Made by a program: the position numbers and the translations under genes. This document shows positions 52,111 through 64,000 of a stretch of DNA of 64,000 nt, piece by piece (within the stretch, counting starts at the first letter, position 1; every line of letters starts with the position of its first letter). The notes beneath the pieces were generated by a model. That model was not told where the DNA came from. It saw only the letters and a list, made by a program, of their open reading frames with translations, and did not search any database. Location: NCBI GenBank assembly GCA_964016885.1, contig OZ024740.1:244342001-244406000 (forward strand), written 5' to 3'. The stretch comes from Eledone cirrhosa. Taxonomy: Eukaryota.

Positions 52111-54569
52111 TTTGCCTGGACCGTGGGGAGGCCAGTGCATGGGCTATAATTTGCATATAATAGTGGGAGATGGGGGAGAGCAAGAGAGATGGAGGCAGTA
52201 AGTGAAAGAGAGAGAACATCAATGCACACATGCACTTGATAAGACAATGACAGATATTTTATGAGTCGATGTTGAAAAGATGAAAGGTAAAGTTGGACTC
52301 AGTGAGATTTGAACTCAGAGAGCAGAAAGGCAAAATAGATATGTGGCAGTTAATCCAAGGCTCCAGCTTTTGTATTATACCTGTGAACCAGTTATTGTCC
52401 CATTGAAAAACCATAGCAACTTGCAATATTAAATAAGTATAATAATCCCATGAAGGTGTTAATAAATGGAATGCTATGGATGTCAAAAATTACCATAATT
52501 CACCTCACCTAAGTTGTTACACAAAATATTCATCCACTTAACTATAATTACAAGGTTGCCCTGATTTCATGAAGAAAAATGAAAAATCAACTATTTTTTT
52601 TCTTTGAATGAGTAGAGTGATTGGAATTTTAAATAGATTTAATGAATACATTAGTGAGACTTAATAAATGTTTCAATAGATTGGAAAGATTTAATTAAAA
52701 GATAATTTAAATTAATAATAATAAAAAAAAAATAGAGAAAATGAATGTAGTGTATGTTTTAGTAGTACTAGCCTGCCAATTTGTAATACTGTAATAACAG
52801 GTCCAATGTTTATTGCATATATTTTGGGTTATCTATGGGAAACATGATAGACGACTTTAAAGAAATACTAACATTAATTAACTAAATTAAATTTACAATT
52901 AATTGCTGCCAATCATTTTTGGATCTGCTTTTCCAAGCTGGCATGGGTTGAATGCAACTCTATCAGGCAAAGTTTTCTTCAATTGGATACTCTTCCTGAT
53001 GTGAACCCATAATTAATTTTCAAGTATGGTAATAAAACAGAAATTTGTTGGACTGCTAAACCGCAGGATATATTCTTTATGTGGAACATAAATGTCCCAG
53101 CTTGCATTTTTAAATAGTTTGAGTCAATAAAGATTTAGTTGTTATTTATAGCAGATCAAGCTGCCACACACAGGCTCCTTCACAGGTGCATAATCCTTAC
53201 CGGTAACATTCAGACAGCGATTTGGCAAAATCATCAATTCAAAGGTCAAAATGCCTTGTGGTGTTTGTTTTGGCTCTCTAAATTCAAATCCTGCCATGGT
53301 CAACTTTGCATTTCATCCTTTCAGGGTCAATAAGAGTACCCATCCAGGGTGGTGGGTTGGCCAAATCGTGTCAAACATGATGCCTGGCTATATTTGTTCT
53401 AGTACTTTATGTTTTGAGTTCAAATTCCGTTTTGGCTTGCTTGGATGGTAGGCTTAATCTACCATCTGGTTTAACACCATGATCAGGCTCTTGAGTGCCT
53501 TTACCAAAGCTTACTCTGTAGAAGCATTTGGTCCAGGTCTCTAGTTCAAAGATACTTTTTTCCCTTCCTCCTACCAATCTCATAGGTCCTGAAAAGGGTT
53601 AGGGGCATTGCTTTTCCCCTCTCTGACGAAACACAATAATAATCATCATCATTATCTTCATCATCCTCATTTTATGCCTGCTTTTCATTCAGACATTGAT
53701 TAACAGATTGTCACAGTTTGAGATTAGACAAGTCAGAGAACTATGTTTCACTCATATGTTATATTTTAGCATGGTTTCTATGGCTGGAAGCCCTTCCTAA
53801 TGCAAAGTATTTTATGGAGTGCACTGGGTGGTTTTTATCAAAGCAACACCACTAAAGAGGACATTATGTCCTCAGCAGAACTAAAAGATTCTCTCAACCA
53901 TACAGTGCCTGTCCCTGTTCAATTACCACAACTTTACAGATTGTACTAAGTGCATTTTATAGTGGCACCAGCACTACTAAGTTTGCCTTCGAACTCACAA
54001 AACTAAAGGGTGCTCACTACTTTATGTATGTTGTGTCTGTTCATTAAAAAATGTGTTTGTGACAGCTGACTCAGCCCTTTCTTTTTAAAAAAATAAATTC
54101 TACTTCTATAAATAAAATTATCCTTATTTTTTCCATCATTGCCTAATGAAAGAGCCTGTTTTTGACATATGCTGCTTACATAATTTCTCACCAGAAGAAC
54201 TTAGTCTTTATTCTCACACAATGTTACATCACCTCACATCACCAGTTAAAAATAGACAAAACTTCCTCCCACATATCTCTCTCTTTCTATCTCCTTCACA
54301 TGGGTCCCTCATCATCTTCATCTTTGCCTACTTCTTACCAGCAGACACATGCACAGCAGTGTAACAACTATGGCATTTCTTTTACTGCAGTCAAAACAAC
54401 AACAACAATGGCTGTGATAAAAAAAACAATAACAATGATGTAATTATAATGAGTATTTTAGCCCCATGTCTCAAGACAACACAGTCAGGGGAAGAACATC
54501 TTGTGAAGACAAAGAATGGGAGAGAAGAAAAGTAAAATTTACGAACATTTTAACAGATTCACACACACA

Positions 54570-54643
<74 letters not shown>

Positions 54644-55129
54644 AACACACACATGGAAAACAACAAAAAATTCAAATAGTAATTTTTAAAGACGTAATGT
54701 TTGTAAAATGACACAAAAAGGAAATGTAACATTCCTGAAATCATGAAAACATTTCCTTCCAATATTTCCTGTGTTTCTTCAGGAATAGTCTGGTTTTTCG
54801 TATCTTGCTACATCTCCAACACATATTTAATAATATTTGGACTTGGTATTGTGCTGATGGTCATGAGGTCATGGGTTTAATTCTAAGATAGGGTTCCATG
54901 CTGTTACCTTGAGCAAGGCACATGATGATGAGGTAGTTTTATACTATCAGTCAGGTAATTCCACATGAAACCAGAATAAGCTCCAACCTGATGAACCTCC
55001 AGGCTCAAAAAATGAGATATAACTTTTAAAGATTGCTTCCATAGAGAATTATAAATGGTTCTAATACAGGGGCAATGCCACAAATTTTGGTTTAAGAGAA
55101 GCATATAGTTGATTAGATTGACCTCTATC

Positions 55130-55640
55130 CATTACCATCATCATCATCATTTTTATGTCCACTTTGTCATTCTTGAAAGGACTAGATGTGTCCTTTCCAG
55201 TACAGCATCCCTCTACTTGTCTCTTCCCTTTGTCATTTCCACTGTTAGGTTCAGCATCTTGAGATCTACTCTCACTTCTTTTACCCAAGATTTTCTGAGC
55301 CTAGCTTTACTACATCTTCCTTAGGTTAGAAATCCTGACACTTCTTCATCCAAGCATCATCATCCAAATACATTATGTGACCATACCGGTACAATTTTCT
55401 CTCTTGCACACTACATTTCATTCCTCTTTATCCAGTTTTTCTCTTAATTCATTTATGCTTTGTCATTTATGCACATTACACATCCAATGAAGCACACTTG
55501 ATTCATTTCCTTCTAGCTTTTGTATATCCTCTGCATTTAATGTTCACTTCTCCCTATCATGCAACATTGCACTATGAATACAGGCATCCTACAATCTACT
55601 CTTTACTTGAAGAAAGAATCCATTTTTTGTCAACAAAGAT
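55130..55640 (-). mobile_element. Decayed RTE LINE 3' fragment
   Basis: Diverged homologue of 59460-59950 with (GAT)n tail. Confidence 0.6.
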
Positions 55641-56361
55641 AATATATCCTTGGCAGTATAATTATTTTATCAAGCTCTGAAAATGAAAGACTGCAACAAT
55701 AACTATAAGCTATAAATATCTTTACTAGAACCTAAGCTGATACCAGGATCGGTATCAACACCTAAAACTATTAATGAGCCAGTAAAGGTGCCTCTACATA
55801 GCCACACAGCCTGCTTGATATAGCAGCTTAATCCTCATCAAATTACACCCTATTGTCATAAAACATGGAGGACCACATTGGATAATGTAGTTCTGGACAT
55901 ACAAAAGGATGAGATCATCATGGCCGAAATGATAATTGTGCACCTGAGTCTAAACTATTTCAAGGTGCTCAATGGAATTAATTCTAGTGTCACAGTAGAA
56001 AACATATTGTAACCTCTTTAAAGTTGTGGATGACTGAATGGAGCGAAAACCCTTTAGGCTTATGAAGGACATGACAACGATCTTTAGTCCAAGTGCCATG
56101 ATAAAAGTACCCTGTACACTCTGTAAAATAATTGATGTGAAGAATAGCACCAGCTGTAGAAACTATGCCAAAAATAGAACATATGAGGGAGACTTAGTTC
56201 TTAAACCTGACTTGGAGAGCAGTATCTCCAAAGCAGTAATTCCAAATAACTATTAATTTAGGGCACAACAATCCATTTGTTTAACCCACGACAACATAGA
56301 AAGCAGGATGTAAAATGATGATGATCTTGATACCGTATTGTTTTGATTGTAAGAATTAAAC

Positions 56362-57250
56362 ACTTCTTCTTCACCCAGTTATTCCTGAGAGGTCGTGGGG
56401 GCAGAGGGTCCTGTCAGAAGCAACCATCTCTAACAAATCTGACTGGATCCTCAAATGAGACCAGCCAAGCTCATGGATATTATCCAATCATCTTGCTCGT
56501 GGTCTACTCCTCGGTCTCCTGCCAGTTGGTTTTGCCCATAAAATCTGTCCAGCGATTCTTACCTGAGACATTCTAACCATGTGCCCATAGTATCGGAGCA
56601 GTGATCTCCCAATTTGGAGAAGTAGCAGTTCTACCTGGAGTGACTCTCTGATCTTCGAGCTATGCACTCTATCGAGTAACATTACTCCAAAGACCCTTTG
56701 GAGGAACCCCATTTCGGATGCTTTTATTCGGGATTGTACTCTTTTGGTCATTACCCAAGATTCATGACCTTAGGTAAGGGTTGGCACGAATACTGAATTG
56801 AAGATAGCGAGTTTGGCTTTTATACCTACCTCCCTTTTGATTACTGAATGCTGAAGCTGGTGCATTACTGCACCAGCTCCAGCAATTCTTGCACTTAAGT
56901 CAGCATCCTGCCTTCCATCACTCATAACCACAGACCTGATATACTTGTACTCCTTCATCTGCTTCAGTGGAACTCCATTCAAATATAGAGTGCACTGCAC
57001 AGGCTTCCTTAAGAGGATGAGTGTCTCAGTTTTTGCAGCACTGATTTTCATTCCAGCCATGCTGCACTCGACATCAAACATATTGAGTGCAAGTCAGAGA
57101 TCACCTTCTGCTGAGATAAGTAACACCATGTTGTCTGAAATTTCAAGCCAATTGATTTTACACCCACCAGTCTTGATACCACTTCTAACCCAGCTGCGCA
57201 TGAACAGGAGTGGTGATAGCATACACCCTTGGCGGAGACTGACTCCCAAG
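56362..57250 (-). mobile_element. RTE LINE 3' part (family B)
   Basis: GMKISAAKTE, KLAIFNSVFVPTLT, SEMGFL, RYYGH, GRRPR. Confidence 0.85.
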
Positions 57251-58164
57251 TTAAATTTCAAGTTATTTTTTTTAATAGATGAATAATGAAAAAAGAATTC
57301 AGAATATTAAAGTGTATTTTAAAATGCCTAAAGGTTACCAGTTTAACCTCACAAATGAGATTTAAAAATACGCAATGGTAAATAGGATATAAATAATGGA
57401 AAATTTAGTTCACCTTAAAAAGCTAAGGTTTGAAATGATATATTATATAGCTCACTAAGTGAGTGAATTGTTTATGTTGTCTGAGATGAAATATATAGAA
57501 CACATGACATATATAATGGAAATAATGATAAAGACATTAATATATTTTCTTTTTAAAATAACTTTTTTTTTTTTTTGGCAGGGAGAAATAAAACTGAAAT
57601 GAAAATAATACACAATAATGAGTTAGAGCTGAAAGACAGTTGAAACTGAAAAAAAAAAAATAATAATGATGATGATGATGATGATTCTGAATATAATGGG
57701 AAAATAATGGTAGAAACTACAAAACGCATCTGTTCATGAAGTTATAAGAATTATTCAAATTCAGATTTAAAGTTGTTTATTTATTTTAGTAAAATGTCTC
57801 ATTTTACAATGACTAATAGAATAACAGAAACTAGGATATAATCATAAATTTTCAGAAATTTATAAAACTTTTTAATGTTGAATGCTTTCATTTATTTTTC
57901 CTTAAATAATCCTAAATGTTTCAAATAGATTTCCTTTGTAGACAGCGAGAGGCAGGTTGAAATATCATCTAAGTTTAAATATTTTATATGGTTGTACCTA
58001 GCTTTACACCAATATAATAACCTATAAATATGATTTAAACCCTTTGATACCAAACTGCATGAAAGTGCTGCTGTATTTTTTTTTTTTAGTGTTTATATTT
58101 ATCTAAAAAACCTTCCATCCTAATTTTATGTAAGAACATCATGTTAAATTACGTTTCAAACCAC

Positions 58165-58405
58165 CAGGTAAATAATGAGAAATTTGATAACAGTGATGAT
58201 GATGACAATGATGATGATAACAATGTTGATGGTGATGACAATATTAATGGCAACAATGTTCTGGGTGATGATAATAATGATGATGATGATAACAAAAGCA
58301 ATAACAATTGTGATGATAATGTTGATGATGACAACTATGACCTTGACATCAACAACAATAAAAATTATGATGATAGGAAGGAAAATGCTGATGATGATGA
58401 AGAAG
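58165..58405. repeat. Degenerate (GAT/AAT/AAC) trinucleotide low-complexity tract
   Basis: Direct inspection. Confidence 0.85.
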
Positions 58406-59028
58406 AAATATCTACGATTCTTTAAAAATAAGTTAAGTACTAATTGACTGATTGTTAACTTAGGCATTTTAGCCAGTGTTAGTAGACAGACTAGCCATTT
58501 TTATTATGGCGTCTGGCACAGAATACTAGCTTCCACATCAGACATGCTGACTAAAGTAACATTCTAAAGTAGCCTTGTCAAATATCAGTGTCTTCATGTT
58601 TCTCTTAATCTTCAGCTAATCTAAGAATAACAGCTGGGGTGTCTAAAATATATTGGTTCAGGTAAGAATATAAACCAGATTAGCTAAATATATCAATCAG
58701 GTAGGAATAGATGAACAATAAAAACAGGATCCAGGAGTAAATTGTAATTAAACTTAATACTGTCACAGAATTACAATCTATGTGAAGATTCTAAGGAAAT
58801 TTGCTTGCATTAGTTAAAGCTGAGAAATCTATCTTGGTTCCAAGTTAAAAACTAATGTAACTCGCTTATAAACGTCAGTAGATATCAGCTTTTGAATCAA
58901 TCATTTTATATCTAGATGTATGTGGAGGTAAATCTCTGTGACATATCTGTCTGAATGTGTGTCTGTGTGTGCATACATACACATATATAAACAAATACAC
59001 ATGTATACACACACACACATACACAGAT

Positions 59029-59077
<49 letters not shown>

Positions 59078-59449
59078 TATGCATACATACACATTCATAA
59101 ACATACATAAATATACATATGTCTATAAATGTAATTTCATACATAAACAAATATGCATATATATATTAGAGATATTTGTTCATGTTTTGGTATGTATATA
59201 TTTTCTTTTGTACAAAAATTCAACTGAATAAAAAAGTGAATGTGTGTTGTTGCATGTAAAAAGAGTGTATGTATGCAATATATATATATCACAATCATCA
59301 CCATTTTTACGTCCAATTTTCCACACTTGCATGGGTTGGATTATATATATATATTGAATTATTGATGCTCTGGGCCAAGGTGCATTGAGCTTTTTTTTGA
59401 AACATAATCATTATACATATTATATATGTTATGATACCTTAACAGAGTA

Positions 59450-60190
59450 TCATCTTCATCATCATTTTACGTCTGCGTTTCCATGCTTGCAAGGGTGGGA
59501 CAGGTCCTATTCAGCACAGCATCTCTCCACTTGTCATGGTCCTTCGTCATCTCCACTGTGGGCTTCAGCGATCTGAGGTCTGCTCTCACCACCTCCGCCC
59601 ATGTTTTCCGTGGTCTTCCTCTACTGTGTCTTCCTTCTACTGGGATTTCTTGGCATTTATTTACCCGCCGGTCATCTTCCATGCGCATCACATGTCCATA
59701 CCATCTCAGTCTTCTCTCCCGCACACCACAACTTATCCCTCTTATACACAGTTTCTCTCTCAACTCATCTATGCTTGGTCGTTCATGCACATTGACATTG
59801 CACATCCAATGGAGCATGCTTGCTTCATTTCTCTCCAGCCGTCGCATATCCTCTGCAGTTGCTGCCCATGTCTCACTACCATGCAGCATCGCACACATCA
59901 CACAGACATAATATAATCAGCCTTTCGTTTGTAGGGAGAAGCCCTTCTTTGTCAATAGATGAAGCAGCTCCCTAAACTTCTTCCAACCTGTCCTTATACT
60001 AGATACTATGGCCTCAGAACACCCCCTCTCCCATGCTAATCTGATCACCTAGGTACCAGAAGCTATCAATCACTTCTATAAAACCCACCTGCATTTGAAA
60101 AATGTGTCTATCACTGCAACTTCTACTGTCAAATTTCCCTGTACATTTACTGCATACATAGCTTTCCCTACCTGTTAGTTTGCCTGCTAT
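59450..60190 (-). mobile_element. RTE LINE 3' fragment (family A)
   Basis: ORF 59467-59901 LHGSETW...RRLRWYGHVMR...GRPRKTW; close to 20660-21400. Confidence 0.9.
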
Positions 60191-60637
60191 ATGTGTGTGT
60201 GTGTGTGTATATAATTGAGATACACTACAAAAACATGACCATAGAATTGTTAAATATCTTAGAGTACTGCAATGTGACTTGTTATGTAGGAAATGATTGT
60301 TGTTGTAGCTGTTGTTGTTTAGCCTGAGGTCAACACTGATCCAGAAAACTGTGATCAAGTGTATCCTAGCTGTGAACATCTAATTTCATTTAAGGGGTAA
60401 TATTCCTTTAATTTTATAAAGTAGTAGGGTGTGATTTGAGAGAAATTTTGCTACCATTTCAAGTAGGTTATGCAGCAACTTTACATTGATAGAGCTTACA
60501 TTGAAAAAGCTGCAAAGTAACATCCCAACATCATTGTTATCATATTTTTAATATTTACTGTCCAATACACATTGTGGTATCTTTCAAACAAAACACTATT
60601 ATATATTTAAGTTTGTTTTGAAACAGCGAGCAAAGTT

Positions 60638-60774
60638 TGAAATTTAGTAGAAATAGAAGTTTTTCTACATGTACATCATCCTCTTCCATTTTTAGAGGGT
60701 TTTAAACCCCATTATCAGGCTAAAATTTCTTTAGTCAAAAATATGGTGAAAGCTTCTATTTCTACTAAATTTCA
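60638..60774. repeat. 22-bp perfect inverted repeat pair (MITE-like)
   Basis: tgaaatttagtagaaatagaag (60638-60659) / cttctatttctactaaatttca (60753-60774). Confidence 0.7.
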
Positions 60775-60775
60775 C

Positions 60776-60809
<34 letters not shown>

Positions 60810-62327
60810 ATCCAGTTGGTTTAAGATACAGTGGAAAAATTTATAATATTAAATGTCATTGTCTCAATTAGTCACTACAAATAATAGTTGAAAAAATATA
60901 AATACATACAAACACACATATATATATTATATATACATATGTATATATAATAGGTATCATAAACTTTCCATCTAGCAAATTTCACTCTCAAAACATTGGT
61001 CAGCCAGAGGCTATAGAAAACACTTGCCTAAGGTATCACACAGTGGGATAGAACTTGAAACCAAGTGGTTGTGGATCAAACCACTTAATCACACAGCCAT
61101 GCCTGCTCATTACAACCATGCTTGTTGTTAAAGAATTAACATTTCGTTAATAATGACCAATCTTCAAAGATAAAAATGATATATTAATAGGAAAAAAATC
61201 TTCTTTTATTACATATTCCAATGGCGACATTCTTGTTTCATACTGGAAATTTTCCTTTGAATTTTTCAACAATAATTTTTTTAACTAATTACAAATGTCT
61301 TGGAGATAACTCATTAATGATTAAAACATTATTGGAGGATTAAATGTTTGAAAAGATGACAAAAGTTGACTTAAAAAAGAAAAAATCAAAATGTTAATTG
61401 AGGCATGTGGAAAATACTTTTATAGTTGTTTGAGAAAAAACCATAGATCTTAGAGGGAAAAAGTGTTTGTTTAAATCTTAAGCTAGCTAGTGTTTAAATA
61501 ACAAGGTGTTTCTTTTTTGTTTTTTTTTTCTGCTTACAGGTAGTTAGTGAATTGGTAGAGTTATTAGAACATTAGCTGGAATGTTGTACAGTATCCATTC
61601 CATCAAGTTCAATTCCCATCCAGGTCAACTTTGCATTTCATTTCTCTCTTTCTCGCCACTCTCTCTCTCTCCTTCTCTGGAAGGAATTGGCTGTGCTCGA
61701 CCAAGTTTAAAATGCTCAAGAAAGAGTTTATGTCACTACAGTGCTCCTATGAATCCACAAGGTGTTGCAAATCCATACATATATAGAGGTACAAGCTGTG
61801 GGGTTAAGAAGTTTGCTTTGCAACCACATGACTTTGGTTTTAAGTCCACTGTGTGACACCTTGAGCAAGTGTCTTCTACTAAAGTTTTGGAGTGACCAAT
61901 ACTTTGCAAGTGAAATTTAGTAGACAGAAACTGTACAGAACCCAAATGTATCATGTGTGTGTATTTCACTGTGGCACAAGCCATCTATTTTACATGGAAC
62001 TTCTAGTTAAATCGTCGAAACCACAGGTGGTCTAAAAGTTAATGAGTGTATTTAATAGTTTGTATGATCTTCTCTCATCCATTTTCTTTCTTTTCTCCTT
62101 TCTTCCTATCACTTCTGTGAGCCAACACACTCCTAGTCACTGATTTCTATCCTTTGAGGTAAATTTTACCCAGCGCTGTCATTGACAGCATTTTGCTTGT
62201 TTTAACAGCTTCCTTGCATTGAGTTCTTCCCATTAAGCTATGAATTCTGATACACTCATGCTTCAAACTCGATATTCGAGATAACTTTGTGTGTATATAT
62301 ATATATATAGAGAGAGAGATAGATATG

Positions 62328-62765
62328 TTTGTGATGCCTGTGTGAGGAGCGCAATGCTGCATGGTAGTGAGACATGGGCAGCAACTGCAGAGGCTATACG
62401 ACAGCTGGAGAGAAATGGGGCAAACATGCTCCGTTGGATGTGCAATGTCAATGTGCGTGAACGACTGAGCATGGATGTGTTGAGAGAGAAACTGTGTATA
62501 AGAGGGATAGATTGTAGTGTGCGAGAGCGGAGACTGAGGTGGTATGAACATGTGATGCGCATGGAGGATGACCGCATGGAGGAAGACGTGGTGGAGGTAG
62601 ACCACGAAAAACATGGGCAGAGGTGGTGAGAGCAGACTTCAGATCGCTGAAGCTCACAGTGGAGATGATGAAGGACCGTGACAAGTGGAGAGATGCTGTG
62701 CTGAATAGGACCCGTCCCACCCTTGCAAGCAGGGAAAAGCGGACGTAAAATGATGATGATGATGA
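62328..62765 (+). mobile_element. RTE LINE 3' fragment (family A)
   Basis: DACVRSAMLHGSETW...; (GAT)n tail. Confidence 0.9.
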
Positions 62766-62823
62766 TATATATATATATATATATAAAGATTAAAATTAAG
62801 TGAGAAAACACTTTAATTATGGG

Positions 62824-63228
62824 AGTAAAAACAAGTTATCAAAAAAAATAATTCTATCTAACCTTGTATAGATCTCCCTACCATGGTTTAGTATGGAGAA
62901 GACTTCTTACTGAAACTGCCAATAATTAAAGAATCACTATACGCTTTAGGGGAGTTTAATTATCTCAAGTAGTCCTAATATGCTAGATTTTGATAACAAA
63001 ATACAACACTTATTTTTATTCCACCATGCTGCCTTGACAAAGGAAACAGTATGTATTATCTTGTTCAATTTCTCTAGCTCTTGAAGAATTAAACTCCCCT
63101 GAAGAGTATGTGGATTCTTCAATTATTGGTGGTTCAAATAAGAATTCTTCCCCACAAAACCATGGTAGGGCGATCTATATATAAGGTTAGATACAATACT
63201 TTTTTTTTCTCTATCTTGTTTATACACT
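62824..63228. mobile_element. Long-TIR MITE / foldback element (~170-bp imperfect arms)
   Basis: tatctaaccttgtatagatctccctaccatggttt versus aaaccatggtagggcgatctatatataaggttagata; ggggagtttaatt versus aattaaactcccc. Confidence 0.75.
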
Positions 63229-63494
63229 AATAACACCGTGTAACAAAAAAAAATCTTTTCTCTGTTCCTGGCTTGTGTTTCTGAGGTCCCAAACAAAAAG
63301 AAAGTGCTATTAAACAGTTAAAAGTTTGGGTTTGTAAAAATTCTAAGCTATTCATTAGAATTATTTGTATGCTGGATTTTACGTTGTATGTAAGTTTAAT
63401 TTGCTTATGTTAAATGATTTTTTTATATATGTTTCAGGTTAAATTAAAATTATAAAATAAAGAGTAATACCTAAAGAAAATTATAAAAGTGCAA

Positions 63495-63810
63495 TCTCCT
63501 TATAATATATAACCAGCAATTTCTCTGTCTGTCTGTCCGACAGTGGAAACACGTGCGCGCGTGCAAATGTTTTTTGCGCACGCGTGCGAATGTTTTTTGC
63601 GCACGTGTAGAGAGAGAGTGAGAGTGAAAGAAAGAGACAGACTACGAGAGGGGGATAGCGGGAGGGAGAGAGGGAGAGAGAGAGTGAATAGACGCTAAAA
63701 CACGTGCACGCGTGCGAATGTTTTTTGCGCACGCGTAGAGAGAGAGTGAGAGTGAAAGAAAGAGACAGACTACAAGAGGGGGATAGCGGGAGAGAGAGGG
63801 GGGAATTGAG
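63495..63810 (+). mobile_element. 5' part of a Helitron-like non-autonomous element with internal CpG-rich tandem units
   Basis: tc...ttataatatataa...tctgtctgtctgtccg start; two ~130-150-bp units beginning aaacacgtgc at ~63547 and ~63698. Confidence 0.45.
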
Positions 63811-64000
63811 GAGTGCTACAGAAACATATATACATTTCTGTGTGTGTGTAATATATATATATATACACACACACACAGAAATATATATATATACACACAG
63901 AAATATATATACATTTCTGTGTGTGTAATATATATATATATACACACAGAAATATATATACATTTCTGTGTGTGTAATATCATCATCATCATCATCATCA

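Noticed and set aside
58141-58467. Asp/Asn-rich, Ile-rich and Met-rich ORFs
   Set aside because: Translations of a degenerate trinucleotide repeat, open in several frames on both strands
58590-58620. CTGAAGA-ttaaga-GAAA on the minus strand
   Set aside because: No NUH triplet and no stem II
63481-63998. ORFs with YIYI/CVCV/SLSL runs, and similar ORFs throughout the window
   Set aside because: Dinucleotide microsatellite translations

Overview
AT-rich, microsatellite-dense eukaryotic non-coding DNA. The repeat families point to a cephalopod (octopus-like) genome, which is an inference. No intact host protein-coding gene is evident, and nearly all ORFs are transposon remnants or simple-repeat artefacts. 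The window contains many RTE-clade LINE fragments (two families), tRNA-derived SINEs, a cluster of two R4/Dong-type LINEs plus a Tx1/L1-type LINE in (TAA)n, a CRE-clade LINE remnant, TTAA piggyBac-type MITEs, non-autonomous Helitron-like elements and a probable solo LTR. The most notable signal is a set of type I hammerhead ribozyme (HHR) motifs with palindromic stem III, carried by small non-coding elements in or beside (TA)n tracts. The best case is a near-identical 595-bp tandem unit (9741-10898) with one HHR per unit. Its core has a compensatory U3-A8 substitution and a long stem II insertion, and the element ends in an inverted partial copy. This resembles a Penelope-dependent non-autonomous, retrozyme-like element. 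All structures were folded by eye; activity is untested.
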